In this document: positions 46,361 through 55,157 of the stretch, one piece after another
Numbering within the stretch: position 1 is the stretch's first letter
Layout of the letters: every line of letters starts with the position of its first letter
Assembly: GCA_018897295.1 (NCBI GenBank)
Contig: JAHILA010000014.1
Span: 3,390-67,389, forward strand
Direction of reading: 5' to 3'
Length of the DNA stretch: 64,000 nt
Origin: Patescibacteria group bacterium
GTDB taxonomy: Bacteria > Patescibacteriota > Minisyncoccia > RBG-13-40-8-A
Notes under the pieces: model-generated
What the model was told of the DNA's origin: nothing
What the model saw: only the letters and a program-made list of their open reading frames with translations
Database searches by the model: none
Made by a program: the position numbers and the translations under genes

Positions 46361-47736
46361 AAAAAGTTTTATTTATAAGGGCGATAGATCCCATAAGCGA
46401 AGTGGAAACGAGGTATCCGGGTTTAGGATTGGCTTATTTGGCAAGTGCTTTGCGTTCTCATTTTGGAGACGATTATTTTGATTTTCGGATAATAGAGAAT
46501 GGAAATGAGTCTGAAGTAAAAAGACAGATTTCTCAATTTGAGCCGAATATCGTGGGCATAAGTTCGGTTACGCAAAATTTTAATCTGGCAAAAGAATACG
46601 CGGTTTTCGCGCATAATAGAAATATCCCAGTTATAATGGGCGGGATTCATATTTCAATGTTGCCGCAGTCCTTGCCCAACGAAGCGGTTTTGGGCTGTAT
46701 TGGGGAAGGAGAACGGACGATCGTTGATCTTTTTTGTCTGTTCGAAAAAGCGGGCGAGTTTTCCAAAAAAGAATTAAAAAAAATAAAAGGAATCGTGTAT
46801 CGCGATGATGGCGGGCGACTGGTCGTGAATGAACCAGCGCCACTTATAAGTAATTTAGACGAGATAAAGATGTCGGCGCGCGATTTGCTTGAGATAAAAA
46901 AACATTCTTACATTTTTTCTTCGCGAGGATGTCCGTATAGATGCACTTTTTGCGCGTCATCTCGATTTTGGAATAAGGTTCGGTTGTTTTCGGCAGAATA
47001 TGTGGTTGAGGAAATTAAAGAGCTTTATGAACGATACGGCGTTAGGATGATTAGTTTTTTTGACGACCTTTTTATTATTAGTCCGCAGCGGTTGGAAGAA
47101 ATTGTCGTTTTGTTGGAGAAAGAGGGGTTGTTGGGGAAAATAAAATTTACCGGTTCGTGTCGGGCTAATCTGGTTAATAAAGGAGTAGCTAAAATCCTAA
47201 ATAAATTAGGTGTTGTCTCGGTCGGTCTTGGTTTGGAGTCGGGCAACGAGAGGGTGTTGCGTTATTTGAAAGGAGAGACTGCCTCGGTCGAATTCAATAA
47301 AAATGCCGTGGCTATACTAAAAAAATACGGGATTACGGTTAATGCTTCTTTTGTTATTGGTTCGCCCGATGAAACTGAAGAAGAAATGATGGAAACTTAT
47401 CGTTTTATAAAAAATAATCCTTTGGATTTGGTTGATGTTTATGTTTTGACACCACTGCCCGGTACGCCGATCTGGGAATATGCTAAAACCAGAAATTTGG
47501 TTTCGGATGATATGGATTGGTCGAAGTTTAACGTCAATTTTGAAGTCGGCCATAAAGAAGCGATTATTCTTTCAGAATTATATAATGCTGATCAGCTTTA
47601 CCGGATTTATAAAAGATTCAGGCGATTGCGTTTGTATTTAAATGCAAAAAACATTTGGCACAGTCCGTTTTTAATGGATTTACCTAAATATGTAATAAAG
47701 AAAGTTTTTGAGCGGCTAAAATCATTTTTAGGATAG
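46357..47736 (+). CDS. B12-binding-domain radical SAM enzyme
   Basis: It has a B12-binding N-domain and SSRGCPYRCTFCAS. Start is set at MKKVLFI (46357) overlapping the upstream stop; the track start 46315 is an upstream extension. Confidence 0.8.
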   Translation: MKKVLFIRAIDPISEVETRYPGLGLAYLASALRSHFGDDYFDFRIIENGNESEVKRQISQFEPNIVGISSVTQNFNLAKEYAVFAHNRNIPVIMGGIHISMLPQSLPNEAVLGCIGEGERTIVDLFCLFEKAGEFSKKELKKIKGIVYRDDGGRLVVNEPAPLISNLDEIKMSARDLLEIKKHSYIFSSRGCPYRCTFCASSRFWNKVRLFSAEYVVEEIKELYERYGVRMISFFDDLFIISPQRLEEIVVLLEKEGLLGKIKFTGSCRANLVNKGVAKILNKLGVVSVGLGLESGNERVLRYLKGETASVEFNKNAVAILKKYGITVNASFVIGSPDETEEEMMETYRFIKNNPLDLVDVYVLTPLPGTPIWEYAKTRNLVSDDMDWSKFNVNFEVGHKEAIILSELYNADQLYRIYKRFRRLRLYLNAKNIWHSPFLMDLPKYVIKKVFERLKSFLG

Positions 47737-47745
47737 TTTATCCAA

Positions 47746-49116
47746 TTAGATTTTTGTTAGGATTTTCAGCCCTCGTAGATTGTATAATAAATCCTTCAAA
47801 GATTTTATTGAACTTATCCTCTTCCAGATGTATTTCGGTCTGAAATAAAATGATCTATAAGCAGTTTTTAGATAGCGACGAAGCTTGTTAATTGAAACAT
47901 CGGATAAGCTGATAAGTGGTTTTGCGCTTAGAGCATAAAAACTTTTTGACCAATCGTTATTAATCTTTCTTGATTGTTTTGCTATTTCATAAAGTTCTGT
48001 TCCGGGGTAGGCGGTAGCAATAGCAAACTGGACATAGTCTAAATTTAATTCTTTACTAAATTTAATGGTTCGTTTAATTTCCTCCTCGCTTTCGGTGGGT
48101 ATGCCGAGTATAAAGTATCCCAACATTTGAATATTAACCCCTTTTGTTATTTCGACAGTATTTTTTATTTGTTCAATAGTAGTGCCTTTTTTTAGAAAAT
48201 TTAGGACTCTCTGGCTTCCAGATTCAATACCATAAGCAATTAAATAGCAGCCGGCTTTTTTCATTATTTTGAGTAGTTCTTTGTCGACTAAATTAACTCG
48301 GGTTTCGCACTTCCATTGAATTTTTATTTTATTCTCAATGAGTAGTTGGCAGATTTTTAATACTCGCTTCCTGTCTAAGGTAAATGTGTCGTCGTAAAAT
48401 TGGAGTTCTTTAATGCCATATTTATTTTTAAGTAATTCTATTTCCGAAATAATATTTTCTGGACTTCGGGGTCTAAATTTGGTACCAGTAATTGGCTTAG
48501 AGCAGTAAATGCAATGGTGAGGACATCCTCGACTAGTAAAAATAGTGGTGGCTGGTTTTTTAAGACTATTTAAATATTTAGAATATCTTTTTATGTTTAA
48601 TAATTCTCGGGCCGGGAAGGGTAATTCGTCTAAGTTTTCAATAAAATCAGCGTCAGGGGTATTGATAATTTGTTTATTTCTTCGGAAGGTTAACCCAGGC
48701 AGATTCTCGGGATTTTGTTTTTTTAAGATATATTCAACCAGTTTTGGAAATCTTATTTCTCCCTCTCCTCGAAAAACATAATCAATGCTTTCGGTTTTTT
48801 CTAGCACTTCATTTGGTTTAAGAGTGGCATGGGCTCCGCCTAAAATAATAATTTTTTCAGGGAATTTTTTTTTAATTATTTCTGCCAGGTAAAGAGCTTT
48901 TTTTATATTTGGCGTCACAGCAGTTAAGCCAATAATAGAAGCATTTTCTTTTTTTATAAATTTTAATAGTTTTTCTTCTGAAAATTTTTCTAACAAATAA
49001 TCAAGAATAATAACTCGATAATTTAATTTTTGGAGGGTAGCTGCCAAATAAGCCAGTCCCAGCGGTGGACAGACAAGAGACTTTTTACCTGGCGGATTAA
49101 TGAGAAGAATAGTCAT
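47746..49116 (-). CDS. B12-binding-domain radical SAM enzyme
   Basis: It has TSRGCPHHCIYCSK. It converges on the 46357 gene with only a 9-nt gap. Confidence 0.8.
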   Translation of the reverse strand: MTILLINPPGKKSLVCPPLGLAYLAATLQKLNYRVIILDYLLEKFSEEKLLKFIKKENASIIGLTAVTPNIKKALYLAEIIKKKFPEKIIILGGAHATLKPNEVLEKTESIDYVFRGEGEIRFPKLVEYILKKQNPENLPGLTFRRNKQIINTPDADFIENLDELPFPARELLNIKRYSKYLNSLKKPATTIFTSRGCPHHCIYCSKPITGTKFRPRSPENIISEIELLKNKYGIKELQFYDDTFTLDRKRVLKICQLLIENKIKIQWKCETRVNLVDKELLKIMKKAGCYLIAYGIESGSQRVLNFLKKGTTIEQIKNTVEITKGVNIQMLGYFILGIPTESEEEIKRTIKFSKELNLDYVQFAIATAYPGTELYEIAKQSRKINNDWSKSFYALSAKPLISLSDVSINKLRRYLKTAYRSFYFRPKYIWKRISSIKSLKDLLYNLRGLKILTKI

Positions 49117-49448
49117 TTTTTTCTTTTAGAACTATTTTTGAGAGCTATTTCTCTGATAATTTCGGTGATATTAGTTTCGATTTTCTGAAGCTTAATAAAT
49201 ATTCTAAATACAAGATAGAAGAGCAATACTATTGAGAAGTAAATAGCAACATCTACCCCTCTACCAACCCCCAATATTTTAGCAAAAAAAGCAGTAGTTT
49301 GAGGCAACAGAACAGCTATTAAAATTATTATCCAGAGTATTAACCAGAATAACAATCCCTTCAAAGAGATTTCCCCCCTTTTAAAATTTAAAATTATTTT
49401 TATTATAACAGATAAAGCAAAAACAATTATTAAAAATTGGATAAACAT
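49113..49448 (-). CDS. Small 3-TM membrane protein (DUF2304-like), the usual partner of Ppm1-like GT2 enzymes
   Basis: 111 aa and hydrophobic. It is directly downstream of, and overlapping, the GT2 gene. Confidence 0.45.
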   Translation of the reverse strand: MFIQFLIIVFALSVIIKIILNFKRGEISLKGLLFWLILWIIILIAVLLPQTTAFFAKILGVGRGVDVAIYFSIVLLFYLVFRIFIKLQKIETNITEIIREIALKNSSKRKK

Positions 49449-49452
49449 ATTT

Positions 49453-50154
49453 TTATTTAAATAATTTAAGAATTATTAGTTTAACAAAAGTTTTTAAGCC
49501 AAGAATAAAATTTTGTCCCTTAGAAAGTGAATAATCAGTATAAATAGCCTGAATAGGTACCTCCATTAATTTAAGATTGTGAACCTTAATTTCTTTGATT
49601 ATTTCTGAAGAAACCTCCATAGAGTTGGTTTTAAGATTTAAAAGTTGAGCTGTTTTTTTATTAAAGCATCTTAAACCCGACTGGCTATCAGTTGTCCAGA
49701 TTCCAAACAAGAAACGGGTAATTATATTAGCTATTCGGTTAGCTAATTTTCTTGAAAAGGGCATTTTGGAAGGGACCAATAATCGAGAGCCGATTATAAT
49801 ATCAGCCACTCCATTTTTTATAGGATTGACCATTTTTGGAATATCCTGAGCCTTATGCTGACCGTCGGCATCAAATGTTAAAAAAATATCACCATGTTCC
49901 AGTAACGCCCCTTTAATTCCTGTTGTTAGCGCCCCGCCCAAACCCCTGTTAATTATGTGATGATAAATACTAACTTCTTCTTTTTTTGCGGTTTCATAAG
50001 TTTTATCTGTTGAGCCATCGTCTACTACAATAATATTATCAACGTATTTTTTGACTTCTCGAATAACTTGACCAATGGTTTTTTCTTCATTATAAGCCGG
50101 GATTACTACAAATATTTTCTTGCTTTTTGATGATTTTTGATTTATAGTAATCAT
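49453..50154 (-). CDS. GT2 polyprenyl-phosphate glycosyltransferase (dolichyl-/undecaprenyl-phosphate mannose or glucose synthase-like)
   Basis: 233 aa with VVIPAYNEE...VVDDGSTD and FDADGQH motifs, typical of the DPM1/GtrB/ArnC family. Confidence 0.75.
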   Translation of the reverse strand: MITINQKSSKSKKIFVVIPAYNEEKTIGQVIREVKKYVDNIIVVDDGSTDKTYETAKKEEVSIYHHIINRGLGGALTTGIKGALLEHGDIFLTFDADGQHKAQDIPKMVNPIKNGVADIIIGSRLLVPSKMPFSRKLANRIANIITRFLFGIWTTDSQSGLRCFNKKTAQLLNLKTNSMEVSSEIIKEIKVHNLKLMEVPIQAIYTDYSLSKGQNFILGLKTFVKLIILKLFK

Positions 50155-50219
50155 ATAGGATTATATTTAAATCTTATTATAAGGATATAATATAAAGAGT
50201 TTTTTGTCTACCTTGTTTT

Positions 50220-51659
50220 ATGCAAACAATTAAAGAAAATAGATATTTTTTAATTATACTTCTTGGGTTAACTTTGCTAAGTGCCTTGCTTTGGAGTTGG
50301 GGTGATTTTGGTATTCAGCATAAATTGTTTGCCGACGGAACATATACAGATGATGGGGCTCTTTATGACAAGATTGGCAGAAATATAATTGAGAAAGGAA
50401 TATTTAGTGACGATGGTTCTACGAGGGAAAGTTTGATAGAGCCATTATATCCATTAATTATTGCCGGAGTCTATAAATTAGTAGGACCAAACCAGGATGC
50501 ATTAAGAATTTTAAATTTAATAGTTTTCTGTATTTCGATAATTTTGTTTTATTTTCTTGTCCGTTCTTTGTTTAGACATGAAAAAATTGCTAAAACCTCG
50601 GCAATTATTTTTGCTTTTTGTTATCCTTTGGCAAATGAAGTAGGGCAGATACATCGTGAAGTAATTTTTATTTTTCTAACTTTGCTTTTAGCGTTATTTA
50701 TTTATAAAAGTCAAGAAACTGGTAAAAAAAAATGGTTTTTTGGTTCTGGTATTATATTAGGCCTTGCAATTTTGCTTAACGGTGTTGCCCAATTATTACC
50801 ACTATTCATCTTGACCTGGTTTTTTTGTTTCTATAGAAAGCAGTTTAAAACATTGTTTTTTTGGAAGCGGGTTATTCTATTTATTTTAGGACTGTTAATT
50901 GTGGTTAGCCCTTGGATAATGCGGGATTTATTTAAGAAAGGGAAACTTGAATTTGTGTCGCCAAAAGGAGGTTTGATTTTTTCTCGGCGTGTCGAAATAA
51001 TGAATGGTATTAAAAATGATTTTTGGTCCCATTTGGTTGGCCAGACAGTAGGATACTATTTTGTTCAGAAATTTGATCCAGATGTTGATATTAAAAAATT
51101 GTGGAAACATCCTTTAACTATTGATTTGGCAGAAAAAATCGAAAATTCTAAAAAGGAATACGGAGATGTTGAAATCCAACTAATAAAGAATGGTCTAAAA
51201 GAAATTATTAGTAACCCTGTAATGTTGGTTGCCGCTTCATTATTAGATTTTATAAGATTAAATAGCCCTCTTTTACCGGCAAAGAATTTTTCTGTTAGAG
51301 AAGCATCTACTTTATTCGTTCAATATCGTTGGAATCACGTGCCAAATTATATTAAAACCTCATTTCTTATATTTGTTCGTTTAGTTTGGTTATTGTTTTT
51401 TGCTTTGGTTGTTTATGGTATCGTGAAATCTAAAAACAAATTGTCCGTTTTAGCTCCTATTTTATTGTTAATAATTTATTTTAATTTATTTTATAGCTTG
51501 ATTCATGGCATCCCGCGTTATGCCTATCCCATTTATCCTTTTTATATTATGTTTTTTGTGGTGGGGATTTTTGCTTTTTATTCAAAGTTTTTTCGCCGTG
51601 ATAGTCATCATACTAGTCAAGCCGAACTTAGCCAAGAGATGACTCAGGGGTCGAAATAG
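50220..51659 (+). CDS. GT-C fold glycosyltransferase, GT39/GT83-like (PMT / ArnT family)
   Basis: 479 aa and polytopic. The N-terminal region with a DDG/DE loop motif resembles PMT/ArnT. It is transcribed divergently from the GT2 gene. Confidence 0.55.
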   Translation: MQTIKENRYFLIILLGLTLLSALLWSWGDFGIQHKLFADGTYTDDGALYDKIGRNIIEKGIFSDDGSTRESLIEPLYPLIIAGVYKLVGPNQDALRILNLIVFCISIILFYFLVRSLFRHEKIAKTSAIIFAFCYPLANEVGQIHREVIFIFLTLLLALFIYKSQETGKKKWFFGSGIILGLAILLNGVAQLLPLFILTWFFCFYRKQFKTLFFWKRVILFILGLLIVVSPWIMRDLFKKGKLEFVSPKGGLIFSRRVEIMNGIKNDFWSHLVGQTVGYYFVQKFDPDVDIKKLWKHPLTIDLAEKIENSKKEYGDVEIQLIKNGLKEIISNPVMLVAASLLDFIRLNSPLLPAKNFSVREASTLFVQYRWNHVPNYIKTSFLIFVRLVWLLFFALVVYGIVKSKNKLSVLAPILLLIIYFNLFYSLIHGIPRYAYPIYPFYIMFFVVGIFAFYSKFFRRDSHHTSQAELSQEMTQGSK

Positions 51660-52451
51660 CCAACAGAATAGATAAGAAAGAATAAAATTCGTTTTATCAT
51701 TTTTACACTTAAAAACATAATTCAGTGTTTTTAGAAATATTTTCGGATTAGGGTCGAATTCAATCTTTTGTGTTTTGAAACCAGCTTTTTCCAGAAGTTG
51801 ATTTATTGTTTTGGGAGTAAAATGATAAAGATGGCGAGGGCAGTCAAGACCAAACCATTTATTTTTAAATATTTTTGCCGACAAACTGCGGAAATTTGGA
51901 CCGTAAATAATTATTTCTCCATTTGGCTTTAGAAGGTTTTTTAATTGTTGCAGAGTTGTAAGGGGATTATTGAGATGTTCCAAGCTATTATTCAGGTTTA
52001 TAATATCAAAATAATTAAATTTATAATTTGCGTCTTTAAGTTCTCCGCAAAAAATATTTAGTCCTTTCTCTATAGACTGTTTACAAGCATATTCATTTAT
52101 ATCCAAGCCATATAGTGCCCAATTGGGGTGGCTTTTTTTAATTTCTGATAATTGATTTCCGCTCCCGCAGCCAAAATCTAAAAAATGTAATCTACTTTGG
52201 TCTTCTTTATGGTTTACTCCTTTCTTATGTGAAGATGTGTTTATTTTTTTGGACTGATACGTTTTATAATCAGGAGGATAATATTTTTTTAATCCCTCGA
52301 GGGTGGGCTGGGGATTTAAATAGACCAGACCACAATTAAGGCATTTAACAATATTAAACTTAGTATCGTCTACCTTATGAAGCAGATCTTTGCCGGCAAA
52401 CAATTGTTTCGTTTCATCTTTATTACAAATAATGCATTTGATTTGATTCAT
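51582..52451 (-). CDS. Class I SAM-dependent methyltransferase with an N-terminal zinc ribbon
   Basis: It has CIICN...CLNCGLVYLNPQP followed by FLDFGCGSGNQL. Confidence 0.7.
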   Translation of the reverse strand: MNQIKCIICNKDETKQLFAGKDLLHKVDDTKFNIVKCLNCGLVYLNPQPTLEGLKKYYPPDYKTYQSKKINTSSHKKGVNHKEDQSRLHFLDFGCGSGNQLSEIKKSHPNWALYGLDINEYACKQSIEKGLNIFCGELKDANYKFNYFDIINLNNSLEHLNNPLTTLQQLKNLLKPNGEIIIYGPNFRSLSAKIFKNKWFGLDCPRHLYHFTPKTINQLLEKAGFKTQKIEFDPNPKIFLKTLNYVFKCKNDKTNFILSYLFCWLFRPLSHLLAKFGLTSMMTITAKKL

Positions 52452-52456
52452 ACAGA

Positions 52457-53707
52457 TTATTTTGTTTTTTTAAGCAGTGAAGAAGCTAAGCCTAAACCAA
52501 TAAATCTTGCAATCACTCTCGCAATAATTGCGCCCCAGAGGCCATAAAAATAGATGAATAAAAATAGAACAATTATTTGAATAATAGAGCTATAAATATT
52601 GAGCTGATATAGTTCTTTTTTTGCTGATATAGATTGCAATGCAGCAATAGGAAGCATTACGATTGTCGCGATTAAAGAAATAGCATAGATTTGAGAATAA
52701 GATATTGACTCAAGATATTGCGGGAAAAATATTTTGAAGACCAAAGGAGCGACGAGTATATAAATAATAGTTATAACAGATATTACTAATCCAAACTTCA
52801 ACATCTTTTTTAAAATACCCTGTTTAATTTCCTCTATTGTTCTTTGCGAGAATTTGGGCAGGGCTAAAAGATGGATGTTTTTGAATAATCCCTTTATTTG
52901 ATCTATGGGCACGACAGCAAATGAGTAAATTGCTAATTCAATGGCTCCCAAATAGTGAAAAATTAAAATTTTATCTATTTGGCTTGCTATTGCGTCAAAG
53001 ACCCCCATCAAACTCAAATGTTTGCCATAGGAAATTGTTTTTGGATCTTTTTTTTCGTTGGGTTGGAATTTTTTGAGAGTAATTTTTAAAAAAATAAGAC
53101 GAAGCAGCGTATTAGGGACAAAATAGGCAAAGATAACAAGAAAAATATTGTTGGTTAGAAAAAGCGTGACCATCATTATTGCTGCGGCGATGACTTGGGT
53201 AATGATATCGTATTTTGTAGAAAATTTAAAAAGTTTTCTGCCAGTCAACAAAGAACTATAAATAGCCAGAGAATCCATAAAGGGAAGGAAGGCTGCCGCA
53301 ACCAAAAAACATAAAGTTAAAGCAATATCACCATGAAAATAATAATAGCCGGCTAAAACAATACTGATTAATCCTCCGAATAACCCCCATTTAATTTTGG
53401 TTTTTAAGGCGGAAACAAAAGTACCTTCATAACCGCGGGCAACCGCTTGAATAACCGCGGTGTTTATACCAGAAAGAGTAAAGATAGTCAATAGACCTGC
53501 CAATGACAAAATATATTTATAAATACCGTAAATTTCTTTTGATAATAAATTAGCAAATGCGATTGTCAATAAAAAAGAGGCAATCGTAGAAACAATTTTC
53601 CCAAAAGTTAACCAAAAGCCACCTTCTACTAGATATACCATATCAGTTTGAGTGTATTTTTGACTCCAGCGTAGCAGATTGTAAATTTTTGATTTTATTT
53701 TCTGCAT
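52457..53707 (-). CDS. Polysaccharide biosynthesis flippase (Wzx-like, MOP superfamily)
   Basis: 416 aa with about 12 TM helices, in the typical Wzx size and position next to the initiating transferase. Confidence 0.65.
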   Translation of the reverse strand: MQKIKSKIYNLLRWSQKYTQTDMVYLVEGGFWLTFGKIVSTIASFLLTIAFANLLSKEIYGIYKYILSLAGLLTIFTLSGINTAVIQAVARGYEGTFVSALKTKIKWGLFGGLISIVLAGYYYFHGDIALTLCFLVAAAFLPFMDSLAIYSSLLTGRKLFKFSTKYDIITQVIAAAIMMVTLFLTNNIFLVIFAYFVPNTLLRLIFLKITLKKFQPNEKKDPKTISYGKHLSLMGVFDAIASQIDKILIFHYLGAIELAIYSFAVVPIDQIKGLFKNIHLLALPKFSQRTIEEIKQGILKKMLKFGLVISVITIIYILVAPLVFKIFFPQYLESISYSQIYAISLIATIVMLPIAALQSISAKKELYQLNIYSSIIQIIVLFLFIYFYGLWGAIIARVIARFIGLGLASSLLKKTK

Positions 53708-55077
53708 TATCTACCTCCTCCTTTAAGGACGATGTTAATTGTTTTAAGAACTATGCTTGAATCAAAGATGAAGGAACGGTTTTTTATATAATATAAATCG
53801 TATTGAACTTTCTCAAAATTATCTGCAACAGATGAACCATAGCCGTATTTTATCTGCGCCCAGCCAGAGAGTCCTGGCTTTATTAAGTATCTTTCCTGGT
53901 AGAAAGGGATGTGTGCTTTGAGTTCTTGGTGAAATTCCGGTCTTTCTGCCCGTGGTCCCACAAAACTCATTTCTCCTATAATAATGTTCCAAATTTGCGG
54001 TATCTCATCTAATCTTGTTTTTCTTAAAAATTTTCCGAATTTAGTGATTCTGGAATCTTTTTGTGTAGTCATTTTTGGTCCGTCTTTTTCCGCGTCTTTT
54101 ATCATTGAGCGGAATTTTACAATTTTAAATGGCCTGCCACCTTGTCCGACTCTTATTTGTGTATAGAATATTTTGCCTCGCGATTCCAGTTTTACGATAA
54201 TTGCAATTAGTGGCCAAAATGGCAAACTAATTACTAGAAGAAATAATCCGAAAATAAAATCAAATAATCTTTTAGCGACTTCATAAGGTTGTTTTTTCTC
54301 CTGGGATATATTTTCTAGAAACCAAACTTCATTAATTGCCGTAAGTGGAATTTTTTGCGTTATGTTTTCATAGAACTCGGGCAAATTTACAAAGTCAATT
54401 TTATATTTAATGCATTCAAAAAGATTTTGGATTAATTCCTGTGATTTATAAACCTCTGGCGTGACAATCGCTATGTTTACTCTTTCTTGTTGTAATGTTT
54501 CTCTTAAGTTCTTAAATCCTTGTGTTATTTTTATTTCGGGCAATTCGGTTCGGTCGACTTCTTCATGATTCTCAATAATTAATTTCAGTTTGTAGCCCAA
54601 TTGAGGATTTTTGATTATTTCTTTTGCCAACTCAATGGCTTGTGGATTGTAGCCGATAATCGCTATATTGGTTTTTAGTTTTAAAGATCCTGCTAATAAA
54701 TTAAATAAATATCTCCAGCCGTAGAATAAGAATACGAAAAAGACGATATTTAAAAATAGGTTTGTTTTTGGCGTGATTGAAGATATAATGAATCCCGGTA
54801 TGATGTAAAAAAATGCAATTGAAATTAATCCGCCAATAATTAATGCTCGGATTAGGGCCGAAGAAAAAACGATATTATTTTTGGCAATATCTATTTCGTA
54901 GAGATTGTGAATATAAAAAACAATTATCCAGACCAAATAAACAATTGAAAAGGGGATAAAGTGGGCTTGAAAAGTGCCAAAATCAAACTCTTTATAGCGG
55001 ACTATAAGAGCGATGGTCAAAGAAACGTATAAAATAACTAAATCTCCGATAAGAAGGATTAATTTCTTTGTTTTCAT
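53707..55077 (-). CDS. Polyprenyl-phosphate glycosyl-1-phosphate transferase (bacterial sugar transferase; WbaP/PglC-like initiating enzyme)
   Basis: The C-terminal domain has KRLFDFIFGLFLL...KFRSM...PQIWNII.GEMSFVGPRAERPEF, the bacterial sugar transferase signature. Confidence 0.8.
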   Translation of the reverse strand: MKTKKLILLIGDLVILYVSLTIALIVRYKEFDFGTFQAHFIPFSIVYLVWIIVFYIHNLYEIDIAKNNIVFSSALIRALIIGGLISIAFFYIIPGFIISSITPKTNLFLNIVFFVFLFYGWRYLFNLLAGSLKLKTNIAIIGYNPQAIELAKEIIKNPQLGYKLKLIIENHEEVDRTELPEIKITQGFKNLRETLQQERVNIAIVTPEVYKSQELIQNLFECIKYKIDFVNLPEFYENITQKIPLTAINEVWFLENISQEKKQPYEVAKRLFDFIFGLFLLVISLPFWPLIAIIVKLESRGKIFYTQIRVGQGGRPFKIVKFRSMIKDAEKDGPKMTTQKDSRITKFGKFLRKTRLDEIPQIWNIIIGEMSFVGPRAERPEFHQELKAHIPFYQERYLIKPGLSGWAQIKYGYGSSVADNFEKVQYDLYYIKNRSFIFDSSIVLKTINIVLKGGGR

Positions 55078-55119
55078 ATTGGCTTCATTCTATCTCAATT
55101 TATTTTTATTGACAATAGT

Positions 55120-55148
55120 TTGACACGAAATTTATGTAAACATATAAT
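55120..55148 (+). promoter_or_regulatory. Sigma70 promoter: TTGACA, 17 nt, TATAAT. The -10 element is 10 nt from the ATG, so the mRNA may be leaderless.
   Basis: The hexamers and spacing were read directly. The ATG at 55158 lies 9-10 nt after the -10 element. Confidence 0.55.
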
Positions 55149-55157
55149 AATTGTATT

